DNA of 64,000 nucleotides from Bdellovibrionota bacterium FG-1 (GTDB lineage: Bacteria; Bdellovibrionota; UBA1018). The notes under the pieces were generated by a model. That model did no database searches. It was not told where the DNA came from and saw nothing but the letters and a program-made list of their open reading frames with translations. The translations under genes and the position numbers were made by a program. Where the stretch lies: the NCBI GenBank assembly GCA_051382295.1, contig JBBCAW010000012.1, positions 64,001-128,000 on the forward strand, read 5' to 3'. Below are positions 1-9,913 of the stretch, piece after piece (the first letter of the stretch is position 1; each line of letters starts with the position of its first letter).

Positions 1-1430
1 AAGGTGGGAGCACGTATTCGATCGCGTTTTCGGCAAGTGATGGCGGTACCGGCCTGGCGAGTCTCACCATCAAATACGCAAGCGATGGCTCGACTTTCAG
101 TACCACGGTAGCCACACCCGCCACCAGTGCAACGAGCTATAGCTGGACTGTACCGAGCGATAACGTTGCAACCGCAAAACTTGAAATCATCGCGGTCGAT
201 AACGTCGGCAACTCCACCACCACGCTGACCTCTGCGTTTATGATCGATAGCACCGCACCTACCGCCTCGATCACGACGCCTGGGTCACTCAAGGGTGGGA
301 GCACGTATTCTATCGCGTTTTCAGCAAGCGCCGGGGGTAGCGGCCTAGCGAGTCTCACGATCAAATACGCAAGCGATGGCTCGACTTTCAGCACGACCGT
401 AGCCACGCCTGCCACCAGTGCGACGAGCTATAGCTGGACCGTGCCAAGCGACAATGTCGCAACCGCAAAACTTGAAATCATCGCAGTCAACAATGTCGGC
501 GTTTCAACAACCACGGTGACGACAGCATTCACAATTGATAGCACCGTACCCACCGCCTCAATCACAACGCCCGGGTCACTCAAAGGCGGAAGCACTTATT
601 CGATCGCATTTTCGGCAAGTGACGGCGGTAGCGGCCTGTCGAGTCTCACGATTAAATACGCAAGCGACGGCTCAACTTTCAGTACCACGGTAGCCACGCC
701 CGCCACCAGTGCGACGAGCTATAGCTGGACGGTGCCGAGCGACAATGTCGCAACCGCAAAACTCGAAATCATCGCGGTCGATAACGTCGGAAATTCCACC
801 ACCACGGTGACCTCTGCGTTTGTCGTCGACTCCACCGGTCCCACCGCCTCGATCACCACCCCTGGTTCGCTCAAGGGTGGCAGCACCTATTTTATTGCGT
901 TTTCGGCGGGTGACGCTGGCAGCGGTTTGGCGAGTCTCACGATTAAGTACGCAAGTGATGGCTCGACTTTCAGCACGACCGTGGCCACACCTGCCATCAC
1001 CGACACCAGCTATAGCTGGACCGTGCCGAGCGACAATGTCGCAACCGCCAAACTTGAAATCATCGTGGTCGATAGCGTCGGAAACTCCACCACCTCAAGC
1101 GCCACTTCAGCCTTCATCATCGACAGCACCGCTCCTACCGTTTCAATCACAACCCCGACTGGCCCGCTCAAAGGCGGCAATACGGTGGGTTTAAGTTTTG
1201 CGGCCTCAGACGCCGGCGCGGGCATGACGTCAGGATCGCTCACGATTCAATACGCCTCAGACGGCACGACGTTTGTGGACGTCACCACGGTTGCGACGAG
1301 CGCTACGACGTACACCTGGACGATCCCGGGTGATGCGGTCGCGACGGCCAAGTTAAAACTCGTTGCGGTGGACGCCGTCGGAAACTCAAACTCGGCAACA
1401 ACTTCTGCTTTCATGATTGATAGCACGGCA
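1..1430 (+). repeat. Intragenic tandem repeats with ~291-bp period (about 5 units visible)
   Basis: KGG codons recur at about 1, 291, 582, 873 and 1169. The first four units are highly similar and the fifth is diverged. Confidence 0.9.
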
Positions 1431-4400
1431 CCCGTACTCACGGCTGGCCAGATGAGTATTAATGGGGGAGCCGCCAGTACGACCAGCAACTACGTGCAGG
1501 TTTCTCTTAGGGCGACTGACTCGTTGACGAATATCACCCAGTTTTGCCTCAAGACAAACAGCACGACTCAACCCACGAGCTCGGATGCCTGTTGGGTGTT
1601 GGTCAACGCACCTACTCCAGGGCTCACGGCAGCCTTAAGTCTCAATCTGACGAATTTTTCTTACCTGCTTGGATTTGTCACAGGGAATTACACCTTTTAT
1701 GCTTGGGTGCAAGATCAACTCGGCAACATCTCCTCTCTCACCAGTGCTGGCGCAGGCACGGCGGGCGTGGATAAAGCCACAATTACCTACAGTCCGGGGC
1801 AGCCTCCGTCGGTGATTAACGTCAGTGCGACGAGCACCGATGTGCCAGCCTCTCCTTTCGCCTCGACCGATCTCTATGTCACAGCGGGCAGCACGGTCTA
1901 TATTCGTTGGGATGTCGCCACCGCTGCCAATGGTCTGGGCGCCAATCCCGTCACTCTTGCTTACACGACCAACGACAGCACCTTCACGGAAATTGCCTCT
2001 AACGTCGCCAATGCCGCCAATGGCTGCACGGTCGATGGGTCGCATACGGGTTGCTATGTCTGGACGAATGGCTCACCGACGAGCAGTTATTATAAAGTTC
2101 GAGTGTCGGTCCTGGATTCAAGCGGGATGGCCACGGTCGCGACGTCCAACCCGCTGAATGTATTTCCGCCCCTCAATATTCTTGCCGGAAACACCGACCC
2201 CGGCACCAACGGCAGCGCAAGCGCGGCGATGTTTTTTAACGTAGAAACTATACAAAGCGCAGATCCTCAAAGTTTTGTGGTGACCCCCTCTGGGGTGGTT
2301 TACTTTCGCGACAAAAATCGAGGTATTCTGGTGGTTGATCCCAGTAACGGTATTCAGAAAATACTAGTAGCGATGGATTCGACCCAAGCCTCGAATAATG
2401 GAGATGGGGGCCCCGTGAGCAGTGCCACCGTCAAGCAGCCGAACAAGATCGCGCTTGATTATCAAAATAGGCTTCTGGTGTTTGATTATGATCGCATTCG
2501 TCTGATCGACCTGAATGCCTCACCGATCACCATCAATACCTTCATCGGGGGGGGCGGCTCCACGTTAGACGGCGTCGCGCCCACCAATGTTTTGATTACA
2601 TCGCCGGGTGTCATGGGCGCCATAAATACTACTGCGGCGATGCCTTTTTTCCCGCTGCCCAATGGCGACCTTTACTTTCAATCTGAAAATTATCACGCTC
2701 TGATTAGCGCTGGCGCCCGCGTGCGCGTCTATCACGCCCCGAGTACTCCGGCCAAGGCTCAGGATAATACAGTGACGAGTATCACGCCCTCGGGTACTGG
2801 TATTTACGGTAATCCGGCATTTGCCCTTGCGGGTTGCTTACTCGAGCATTTTGGATTCACCTTCGATCCGCTCACCTCGAACATTCTTTCCGTGCAAATG
2901 ATTTGCTATGACGCTAATAGTGATCCGAACGTGAGTTTAAATCCAAGCACTTTTGTTTCGACGGCACCGCATCCGCCTACGGTATTTACCTATGGTAGAG
3001 TCACTTATAAGACACTTTCGCGAACAGGCGACATTTGGATCACCAGTGATTTCTCTGGAAATATCGCAAAATATATCCCGAGCACCAATACCTGGACCAC
3101 TGTGGTCGGCACAGGCACTGTCGGGGTGTGCGAGGATGGTACCGCCGCACTGTCTTGTAATATTGATCCAAAAGATACGTTTGTGACGGCCACGGGCCAG
3201 GTTTACTTCATGGATCGTGGCCGACTAAGAACACTGGATAGTTCGAACCAGGTCGTCACGATCATTGGGCAGTTGAGGTCCTTTGGCGATGGGGGTAACC
3301 CGCTCTCGGCTAGATTCAACAGCATCTACTCGCTGGACAAAACCACCGCCGATGACATCATCGTTTATGATAGTGGCGAAAACCGACTGCGCCAATTGAC
3401 GATTGGCGGAACGATTCAAACCATCGCCGGAAATGGCAATCCTCAGACTCAAAACACAACCGCTGCCGCGACCACGCAAGGAATATATGCAGCTAGTACG
3501 GCTGCTGGTTTGATCAGGGTAAATCCGTCAACTGGCGACGTATTTTCCACAATCAACGGTTACATCATGAAGCTTGATCGCAGCACCAGTAAATGGGTTG
3601 CTCTTGTTGGCGGCGGGGCTACTTCATATTCTTTGGCGGACAGCCTCACCGGAACCAACATCAGCATGGGAAGTTATACCGGTGGTATTCTCGGATTTGA
3701 CGGCACAAATCTCTTGATGGTGCAAGGTCGCTATAGCGCCGGAGTGTTCGACTGTTTCCTTAAGAACTACACCATTACTAATGGCACGCAATCGCATGTT
3801 GCGGGATTTGTGGGGAGTTCATGCGGCGGGTTGAATGCCGATACCACTCCCGTCACGAGCAGTGGCACGCACGCCAATACCTCAGGAACTCTTAATATGA
3901 TTCCAGCGTACTGGGACGGCCCTAATAATAGGTGGCTTTCGGTGGACAGGGCGGTGGCGCAGACCACTGTGCGCGCTCTCAATATCGGCGGCAACCTCGG
4001 CCCCCTCACGACCACTACCTATGGCATTGGGGCGTTTACCTATCGCAAAGAGGGTTCGAACGAATACCTGTATTATTGCAAGAACTCCACCTCCGGTACT
4101 TTACAGAGAAAAAATATCACGGCAGGCACGGAAAGTTCGCTGGCGTGGCCCATCTCCTCGCTCTTCTGTAGTGGTTACAGCCTTCTCTATGATAGCACTC
4201 GCAACTCACTGATTTTTCCGTTCACGCAAAATGGCTTGGGCGGCGTGGCAGAGTACATCCTGCCTGGCCCGATCGCGATTTCAAATGGCACGCAAAATAC
4301 CGCGAGCGGAGTCAACACCGTGACCTTTAACGGCACGTGTGGCGCCAACGTCAGCACGATCTCCGTGACCGGCACCTCGACGGGCACCACCGCATGTACC

Positions 4401-4529
4401 AATGGGAGTTGGTCTTACGCGACACCTACGCAAACTGGCGCGAACGTCTATAATTATACTTTCACCGGTGTCGATGGCGCGGGCAACTTGGGTGATACCG
4501 TAGTTGCGGGGGCTTGGACTCACAATTAG
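3..4529 (+). CDS. Giant surface/adhesin-like protein, 3' part only (begins left of the window): tandem ~97-aa Ig-like repeats, then NHL/beta-propeller-like region and a terminal Ig-like domain
   Basis: The frame of ORF 240..4529 stays open back to nt 3 (GGSTYSIAFSAS...). Thr/Ser-rich repeats DST-P-ASIT...YSWTVP-DNVATAKL; GDGGP/GDGGNP and TIAGNG motifs typical of NHL propellers. Confidence 0.8.
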   Translation, partial: GGSTYSIAFSASDGGTGLASLTIKYASDGSTFSTTVATPATSATSYSWTVPSDNVATAKLEIIAVDNVGNSTTTLTSAFMIDSTAPTASITTPGSLKGGSTYSIAFSASAGGSGLASLTIKYASDGSTFSTTVATPATSATSYSWTVPSDNVATAKLEIIAVNNVGVSTTTVTTAFTIDSTVPTASITTPGSLKGGSTYSIAFSASDGGSGLSSLTIKYASDGSTFSTTVATPATSATSYSWTVPSDNVATAKLEIIAVDNVGNSTTTVTSAFVVDSTGPTASITTPGSLKGGSTYFIAFSAGDAGSGLASLTIKYASDGSTFSTTVATPAITDTSYSWTVPSDNVATAKLEIIVVDSVGNSTTSSATSAFIIDSTAPTVSITTPTGPLKGGNTVGLSFAASDAGAGMTSGSLTIQYASDGTTFVDVTTVATSATTYTWTIPGDAVATAKLKLVAVDAVGNSNSATTSAFMIDSTAPVLTAGQMSINGGAASTTSNYVQVSLRATDSLTNITQFCLKTNSTTQPTSSDACWVLVNAPTPGLTAALSLNLTNFSYLLGFVTGNYTFYAWVQDQLGNISSLTSAGAGTAGVDKATITYSPGQPPSVINVSATSTDVPASPFASTDLYVTAGSTVYIRWDVATAANGLGANPVTLAYTTNDSTFTEIASNVANAANGCTVDGSHTGCYVWTNGSPTSSYYKVRVSVLDSSGMATVATSNPLNVFPPLNILAGNTDPGTNGSASAAMFFNVETIQSADPQSFVVTPSGVVYFRDKNRGILVVDPSNGIQKILVAMDSTQASNNGDGGPVSSATVKQPNKIALDYQNRLLVFDYDRIRLIDLNASPITINTFIGGGGSTLDGVAPTNVLITSPGVMGAINTTAAMPFFPLPNGDLYFQSENYHALISAGARVRVYHAPSTPAKAQDNTVTSITPSGTGIYGNPAFALAGCLLEHFGFTFDPLTSNILSVQMICYDANSDPNVSLNPSTFVSTAPHPPTVFTYGRVTYKTLSRTGDIWITSDFSGNIAKYIPSTNTWTTVVGTGTVGVCEDGTAALSCNIDPKDTFVTATGQVYFMDRGRLRTLDSSNQVVTIIGQLRSFGDGGNPLSARFNSIYSLDKTTADDIIVYDSGENRLRQLTIGGTIQTIAGNGNPQTQNTTAAATTQGIYAASTAAGLIRVNPSTGDVFSTINGYIMKLDRSTSKWVALVGGGATSYSLADSLTGTNISMGSYTGGILGFDGTNLLMVQGRYSAGVFDCFLKNYTITNGTQSHVAGFVGSSCGGLNADTTPVTSSGTHANTSGTLNMIPAYWDGPNNRWLSVDRAVAQTTVRALNIGGNLGPLTTTTYGIGAFTYRKEGSNEYLYYCKNSTSGTLQRKNITAGTESSLAWPISSLFCSGYSLLYDSTRNSLIFPFTQNGLGGVAEYILPGPIAISNGTQNTASGVNTVTFNGTCGANVSTISVTGTSTGTTACTNGSWSYATPTQTGANVYNYTFTGVDGAGNLGDTVVAGAWTHN

Positions 4530-4583
4530 TGTCGCAGTTATGCTCGGGCGCTGCCGTTGTCGGATCTCCAGGGCGGCGTTATT

Positions 4584-5882
4584 TCACTTTTCAGAACTAC
4601 TCGCGGGCTGCTCGTCAAAAAGAGGAAGGGATGATGGGGCATTGCTAAGTGCTTTGATCCATGCAGCGAAGGACTTAGTTGGAAGGCGATAGCTGCCCTT
4701 AATGGTATCGTTGACCACAATAATATTCCGACCCTTTAGCGCCTGAATAGCATTGTTTACCGTGTGCTCCTTCAGTCCTGATGACTGAATGATGTGCGAC
4801 CGGGTAACCCACTGATCAGAGTTCTCGGCCATGACCCTAAGCACCTTTCGGTAATCATCTGATCCCACCTGATCGAAGAACATCTCTTGAAAAAACTTAC
4901 GACCGAGCTGTTTCAATGCACCGTTCTTTCCATACGCGCCTTCTTCAACATCAACGGTCGAGAGGCTTCCATCGAAATCTGCGTCGAATGCGCTGTATCC
5001 GAACTGTTGAATGAAATGCGGGTAGCCCTCGGACAAGGCACAAAGTTGCTTTCTGGCGTCCTGGTCGATAGTCGTTTGGTCTTTGTTTTTGCTGTTTGCA
5101 TCCCTGATGCAGGCGTCGACGACCGCGGCACTGTCTTCTTCGGACAGCGGCCCTAGCGTGAAAATCTGAAAGAGTCGCGGAGAAGATTCGTGAGATGCTT
5201 TGAGCTTCTCTAGAACAACGGGCAATCCCGCCATCGCAACCGCCAGGTTTTCGCAGTCAAGGCGCGTCATCTTCTCTGTGAGCAACTTGATAATTTCTCC
5301 GAGGCGTGCGGAGGGGTCCGGTTTGTCTGCCTCGTCAATCAAAAGAATAACACCATCGACTCGCGTTGCTGAAGATGCCTGAGAAGCGGCGCCCTTGAGG
5401 AAGTCTGCGACGGTCTCGCAAAATTTATCAAGAACGGGGAACGGTTCACTTTCCATCTGCGCGCCGGGTCCGTGATACCGGACGCCAAGGACTTCCCACT
5501 TGCTAAGAAATTCCCAGGCCTTTTTGGCCGCACTTTTTAGTTCGGAATTTTTGTCGACTTGTTCACGAAACTTCGTGGCCAGAGTAACGACCACGTCTAG
5601 TGCGGTCATGTTTGCCGTCAGCTCAACGGGAACGACAAGAAACGAGGCTCTGAATTTCGGATCTTGCACAAAGGGAAGGGCTCCTTTGGCGAGGTGTTCG
5701 ATATATAGCATCAGTGAGGACTTGCCGATTCCCCGCTCCCCTTCGATTACAAAATGCTGCGGATTTCCGTGCTTTGTTTGGAACAGAATTTTTTCGATGC
5801 CCAATAATTCCTGCGCTCGGCCTTTGAACATGCCTGGATGAATCAGGTTGTTGGGTCTGAACGGGTTGTATTTCAGTGACAT
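4584..5882 (-). CDS. P-loop AAA ATPase (AAA_16/archaeal ATPase-like) with probable C-terminal winged helix
   Basis: N-terminal NPF-P...F-GR motif, Walker A GERGIGKS, Walker B LLIDEAD, G-PHFIQ motif, helical C-terminus. Confidence 0.8.
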   Translation of the reverse strand: MSLKYNPFRPNNLIHPGMFKGRAQELLGIEKILFQTKHGNPQHFVIEGERGIGKSSLMLYIEHLAKGALPFVQDPKFRASFLVVPVELTANMTALDVVVTLATKFREQVDKNSELKSAAKKAWEFLSKWEVLGVRYHGPGAQMESEPFPVLDKFCETVADFLKGAASQASSATRVDGVILLIDEADKPDPSARLGEIIKLLTEKMTRLDCENLAVAMAGLPVVLEKLKASHESSPRLFQIFTLGPLSEEDSAAVVDACIRDANSKNKDQTTIDQDARKQLCALSEGYPHFIQQFGYSAFDADFDGSLSTVDVEEGAYGKNGALKQLGRKFFQEMFFDQVGSDDYRKVLRVMAENSDQWVTRSHIIQSSGLKEHTVNNAIQALKGRNIIVVNDTIKGSYRLPTKSFAAWIKALSNAPSSLPLFDEQPASSSEK

Positions 5883-6110
5883 GAGGCGCGCTCCATTTGC
5901 GATTACTGCGCGGAATTACCGACCGCGCTTGGGCAATATCGAGCACTAGGCGTCATTAGTCAATATTAGCCCTTATTAGTCACCACTAGGACCAAAGGCG
6001 CCGAAACCCCAGCCACTATTTGCCATTTTTTGAGCATTCAAAATAGGGAAAACAACGGAAAACACAAGTCATAACGTAGTGTTACATATTTAAGAAGATT
6101 CAGGGTTATG

Positions 6111-6162
6111 TCTTATTGTTGACTGAAGAAGTCGGGAAATCGGCAACGCATTGATGACCCCC
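6111..6162. repeat. ~52-bp diverged direct repeat, copy A (copy B at 9914-9965)
   Basis: tcttattgttgactg is identical in both copies and is followed by ~37 colinear bases differing mostly by A/G transitions. Confidence 0.6.
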
Positions 6163-6217
6163 CATTACGTCAATCAACCCTGCATGATCTGGCCGCCCAT
6201 CTTATGACCTTGGTCAT

Positions 6218-6235
6218 GTACACATACCGGTGTAC
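6218..6235. promoter_or_regulatory. Inverted repeat, probable TA autoregulatory operator
   Basis: gtacac-N6-gtgtac directly upstream of the HicB-like gene. Confidence 0.45.
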
Positions 6236-6274
6236 GCTTTAAAAGTGAAGAAACGGGACACAAGGAGAACCCCG

Positions 6275-6697
6275 ATGAAAGTTGAAGGCAAGGTGACTCC
6301 TCCTCGTGGAGCTAAGAACAAGTATTGGGGTGTTGAAATTCCACTTTTGGAGATCTACACCCAAGGTAAAACCAAAGCGGACGCCTATTTAATGGCGAAA
6401 GACGCAATTGAATCCTTGATAGATAAGAAGGGTTTTGAGGCGTTTTGTGTGCCGAGCAAGGGAAACCGCTTCATGATGACTGCTAACGATTCGGCCACTT
6501 TCGTGGCATTCATTCTTGGACGCCTTCGTGTGGCCCACAACTTAACCGCTCGGCAGATGTCTGAGCGGTTGCAGTCTTCCTCGCCCAACGCCTATGCTCG
6601 TTATGAACAGGGCCGGGCAATGCCAAAACTGGATAAGCTCGAAGAACTACTACATGCCATAGACCCAACCTTGGGCTTGGTCTTGGTCGCTGGCTGA
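6275..6697 (+). CDS. HicB-like antitoxin with C-terminal XRE-type HTH
   Basis: aaggag before the ATG at 6275. W-VEIP-L-IYTQG-T-ADAY-MAKDAIE is HicB N-domain-like; YARYEQGRAMP-LDKL is an XRE HTH. Confidence 0.75.
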   Translation: MKVEGKVTPPRGAKNKYWGVEIPLLEIYTQGKTKADAYLMAKDAIESLIDKKGFEAFCVPSKGNRFMMTANDSATFVAFILGRLRVAHNLTARQMSERLQSSSPNAYARYEQGRAMPKLDKLEELLHAIDPTLGLVLVAG

Positions 6698-6841
6698 GGT
6701 CGCAGGCGCGGCTTCGGCTGGGGCAAGCCTAAATTCGGCAGAATACGCCGTGAAGGCGAGTCTTCGACTCAAGCAGCGCAAGCAGTTTTCCGTTTTTAAC
6801 GCCGGCCCATCCCATCTCCGGGACCGTAAAAGCTTCACGGT

Positions 6842-7057
6842 TCAAGCCACATCGGAGATTTGTTTGCGAATATATTCCATGACTTCGAGAACCTGATCTT
6901 TGGTTACGGTCGGAAAATCTAAAAGAAACTCGTTAATCGTATCTCCAGCTTCTAGGAAATCGAAAAGAGCTTGAATAGGAACCCGAGTGTTTTCAAAAAC
7001 TGGCGTTCCACCCATAACTTCTGCGGATTTTTGAATGACCTTGAGTTTTGCTTCCAT
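6842..7057 (-). CDS. DUF433 family antitoxin-like protein
   Basis: V-GG-PVF--TRVP----FD-L-AG-TI-EFL-DFP motif; aaggac upstream. Confidence 0.85.
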   Translation of the reverse strand: MEAKLKVIQKSAEVMGGTPVFENTRVPIQALFDFLEAGDTINEFLLDFPTVTKDQVLEVMEYIRKQISDVA

Positions 7058-7154
7058 TTGTAGTCCTTCTTTTTAAGTAAGTTACGCATCGCACCAGACT
7101 GGTGGCGCCTCTTAAGGAAGATACCACAGCCAGGAGACCAGAACAAACCGGGGG

Positions 7155-7413
7155 CTGTGCGCGCGCTCAATATCGGCGGCAACCTCAGTACCCTCACGAT
7201 CACTACCTATCAGATTGGGGCGTTTACCTATCGCAAAGAGGGTTCGAACGAATACCTGTATTATTGCCAGAACTCCAATTCCGGTACTTTACAGAGAAAA
7301 AATATCACGGCAGGCACGGAAAGCTCGCTGGCGTGGCCCATCGCCTCGATCTTCTGCAGTGGTTACAGCCTTCTCTATGATAACACTCGCAACTCACTGA
7401 TTTTTCCGTTCAC
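7155..7413 (+). pseudogene. 259-bp isolated copy of adhesin segment 3967-4225
   Basis: Colinear with no indels; 16 mismatches by manual alignment; no native start or stop. Confidence 0.9.
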
Positions 7414-7470
7414 AGTGCGGCTGGTTCAAATATTTAGGGCATCAAGTATATCTCCCCGCTGTTCATGGCT

Positions 7471-7752
7471 CTAGGGCATCCCCCAGATCACGCCATCTTT
7501 ACTGGTGGTGCAAACACGGTAGCCACGAGCCAAGAGCTTTTTCATGGGAATGCCGGCCGCCTCAAAAAGATTTTTGATGAGATAGCGGCCCATGCCTTCG
7601 AAATCGCGCCCAAATTGAACGATCCGAGAGAAAGCTAGGTGATCCCAAAATCCGCGTCCGGTTTTGTTTCGGGCTAATGCGGCGCCCTTTTTGGCACCCG
7701 TGACGATGATCGCGATGCCGCCGGCAAGCTCGCGCAGAAATCCTCCTGGCAA
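7471..7752 (-). pseudogene. C-terminal fragment of an IS200-like/RAYT (Y1) transposase
   Basis: FLRELAG-IA--VTGAKKG...FWD---FSRIV-FGRDF----RYL-KN--EA resembles the C-terminal half of RAYT-like transposases. The N-terminal HUH part is absent. Confidence 0.55.
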
Positions 7753-8978
7753 TTGAGCAGATCCGCAGTGTTGGCTGGAAATAAGTCAAGGGGATCTAGG
7801 TCGTTTGTCGTGGCGGCGGAAGGTATGCTTTTCGAACAGTAATTCACGAGTTCGTTCTGATTCGGCGCCGGACAAGGCTGCAGCAGCATTTGCAGGCTCG
7901 CGCGATTCTTTTGAACCGAAAGTAAATCGGGATTGATTTTTGGATCGCTTAATTTGGTGCATACGTTGCGATTCGAGCTATTGGTCTGAGCGGCCTCGAT
8001 AAAGTATTCCGGGCAGGCGAGATTGCCGCGCAAGTTTGGATTATCATTCCATACATAGCTGTTTGGTGAGCAGACTTCGCAATTCGTCGTGTCGGTATAG
8101 TCAAGGTTTGCTCCCCATGAGTCGCTGTAGCCGGGGCGAAATGCGACAAACTCTAACGTGGCGTTGTACTTGACCTTAAGCAGGGCAGTCTTGCGCTCAA
8201 GTTCGGTTAGGTAGGTGTCTAATTTGCAAACTCTCTTTCCGATCGGACCGCTTGCAATGTAGTTTGGATGATTATTCACGTCTAACCGATAAGCGGCATA
8301 AAGGTCGTAAAGATAGAGCGTCGCCATGGTGTTCGCGTTGTAATCACCGAACCACCAGTCACAGCTGCCTTTACTAGTTGGGTCCGCGCATTTTCCCTCT
8401 CCGTCGTGCGATTTTCCATGGGCGTGAACGATCTCATGGACGTAAATTGCGGCACGCTCTGCGACGGTCTCGCCTCTCAATTTCTGCCCGGGAAGATTCG
8501 GATTTGGCATGTCGAATCCAAACAAGACGGACAATTTCACGGCGGGTATATAACCCGAAGTGCCGGTTTTTGCGACAAAAGTCATATCGCAGGTGGGCGT
8601 ATAGCCCTCAGTGGACTCTTCCTTTACGTAATCAAAGGCGGTGAGTACCTTGGGGTCCGTGTTTGTGTGCCAAACATGCGCATGTTGGAAGTCATACAAT
8701 AGATATGCGCCGTTCATGGCACGCGTGAGGAGATAGTTGTTGTCCCAAGGGTTGTCAGCTCCCCAGCCATGGTGCCAGTCGCCCTTTCCGAAATTGAAAC
8801 TGCTCCACAGGTTGGTTATCATGGCTTGGTTATAGGTCCATTTGGGCGTATACAATGACTCAAAGCTACCGGATTGGGCATTCAGGTCGATTTGACAGGT
8901 ATCCGCGCGACCTGTTTCAGCAGCGAGAACACCCATGCAAAACAGGATGCAGATGAAAGTGGGGAGCTGACGCAACAT
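7674..8978 (-). CDS. Secreted Cys-rich zinc metalloprotease-like protein (metzincin motif); C-terminus possibly truncated
   Basis: Signal peptide, HEIVHAHGKSH = HExxHxxGxxH, many Cys. The 3' end runs into the transposase fragment. Confidence 0.6.
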   Translation of the reverse strand: MLRQLPTFICILFCMGVLAAETGRADTCQIDLNAQSGSFESLYTPKWTYNQAMITNLWSSFNFGKGDWHHGWGADNPWDNNYLLTRAMNGAYLLYDFQHAHVWHTNTDPKVLTAFDYVKEESTEGYTPTCDMTFVAKTGTSGYIPAVKLSVLFGFDMPNPNLPGQKLRGETVAERAAIYVHEIVHAHGKSHDGEGKCADPTSKGSCDWWFGDYNANTMATLYLYDLYAAYRLDVNNHPNYIASGPIGKRVCKLDTYLTELERKTALLKVKYNATLEFVAFRPGYSDSWGANLDYTDTTNCEVCSPNSYVWNDNPNLRGNLACPEYFIEAAQTNSSNRNVCTKLSDPKINPDLLSVQKNRASLQMLLQPCPAPNQNELVNYCSKSIPSAATTNDLDPLDLFPANTADLLNCQEDFCASLPAASRSSSRVPKRAPH

Positions 8979-9846
8979 AGTGTGTCCCTTCTACTGATAC
9001 AGAAGATACAATTCGTTTTCCGGCAGATACTTGCTCATCACGGTTGCGGATGAGGCGATAGTTATATGCAATCGCACCTCTCCGGACGCCCGGATCCGGG
9101 TTGCTCACCGATTGAAGGACTATCTGTCTTGCAGCAATCATTGCCTCGGTGGGCTTGCTTGGTCCCGACCGGTTGGGGTTTCTCGTGGCAATCATGAAAA
9201 GATCATTTATAGCATTGGTTTTTTTGAGGGCGATTACGTCAACACGGCCGCAATTTTGGGTTTCGGACTCACTTTTGGAATCCGAAGGCGATGCGGCACT
9301 CACTGGCTCGTTGAGTACATTTGCAAGGTAGTTCACCGCCTTGATGTTCCCTACCTCGGCAAGAACGGAAGTAAGGGCGACATGGCGAATGTATTCACTA
9401 TTTATGGGGTTATTGAGCTCAGAGATTACTGTTTCGGTGGCTTTGTCGCTGTTCTCGCTGATGAGCAAATAAGTCCTGCTCTTTTCCAATTCAGTCAGAT
9501 CACCTGGCGTCGGATGTTTGAAGAGCCCCTCGTAAAGCGCGGCAAGTGCCTTGTCGCCGGGCTCATCATTTTTTTGAAATGACATGGTTGGCACCGAGGA
9601 ATTCTCTCCTGCCTCGCTGGCTGTCTTGGCAAGAAAAAAAGGCCTCTCGCTGTCAGGTGCCAGCTCAGCCGGAGTGAGCGAAATGACTTTTTCTCAGGAG
9701 ACGAAAAGCTCCGTTCGCTCAGAGGTGTTGCTCGGCGACAGGAATGATGAGAGTTTTTGATGAGTCGTTAATGCCAAATGGAGAGACGCCACAAGAAGGG
9801 TCGTTGCAACGATGCCGGTCAGGACGATTTTAGAAACTTTCCGCAT
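8917..9846 (-). pseudogene. Membrane-anchored/secreted helical (HEAT-like) protein interrupted by an in-frame TGA at 9694-9696
   Basis: The ATG at 9846 (MRKVSKIVLTGIVATTLLVASL) is in frame with ORF 8917..9594, with a single TGA between them. Confidence 0.6.
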
Positions 9847-9913
9847 GGGATTACCCATCCTTCCCCCTGTGTGTCAGCTCAGACCCTCGTGTTTTCTGCA
9901 GATCGGAGCCACA

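Noticed and set aside
3967..7413. Diversity-generating retroelement TR/VR pair
   Set aside because: Only 6 of 16 mismatches are at adenines of the putative template, and no reverse transcriptase is present in the window.
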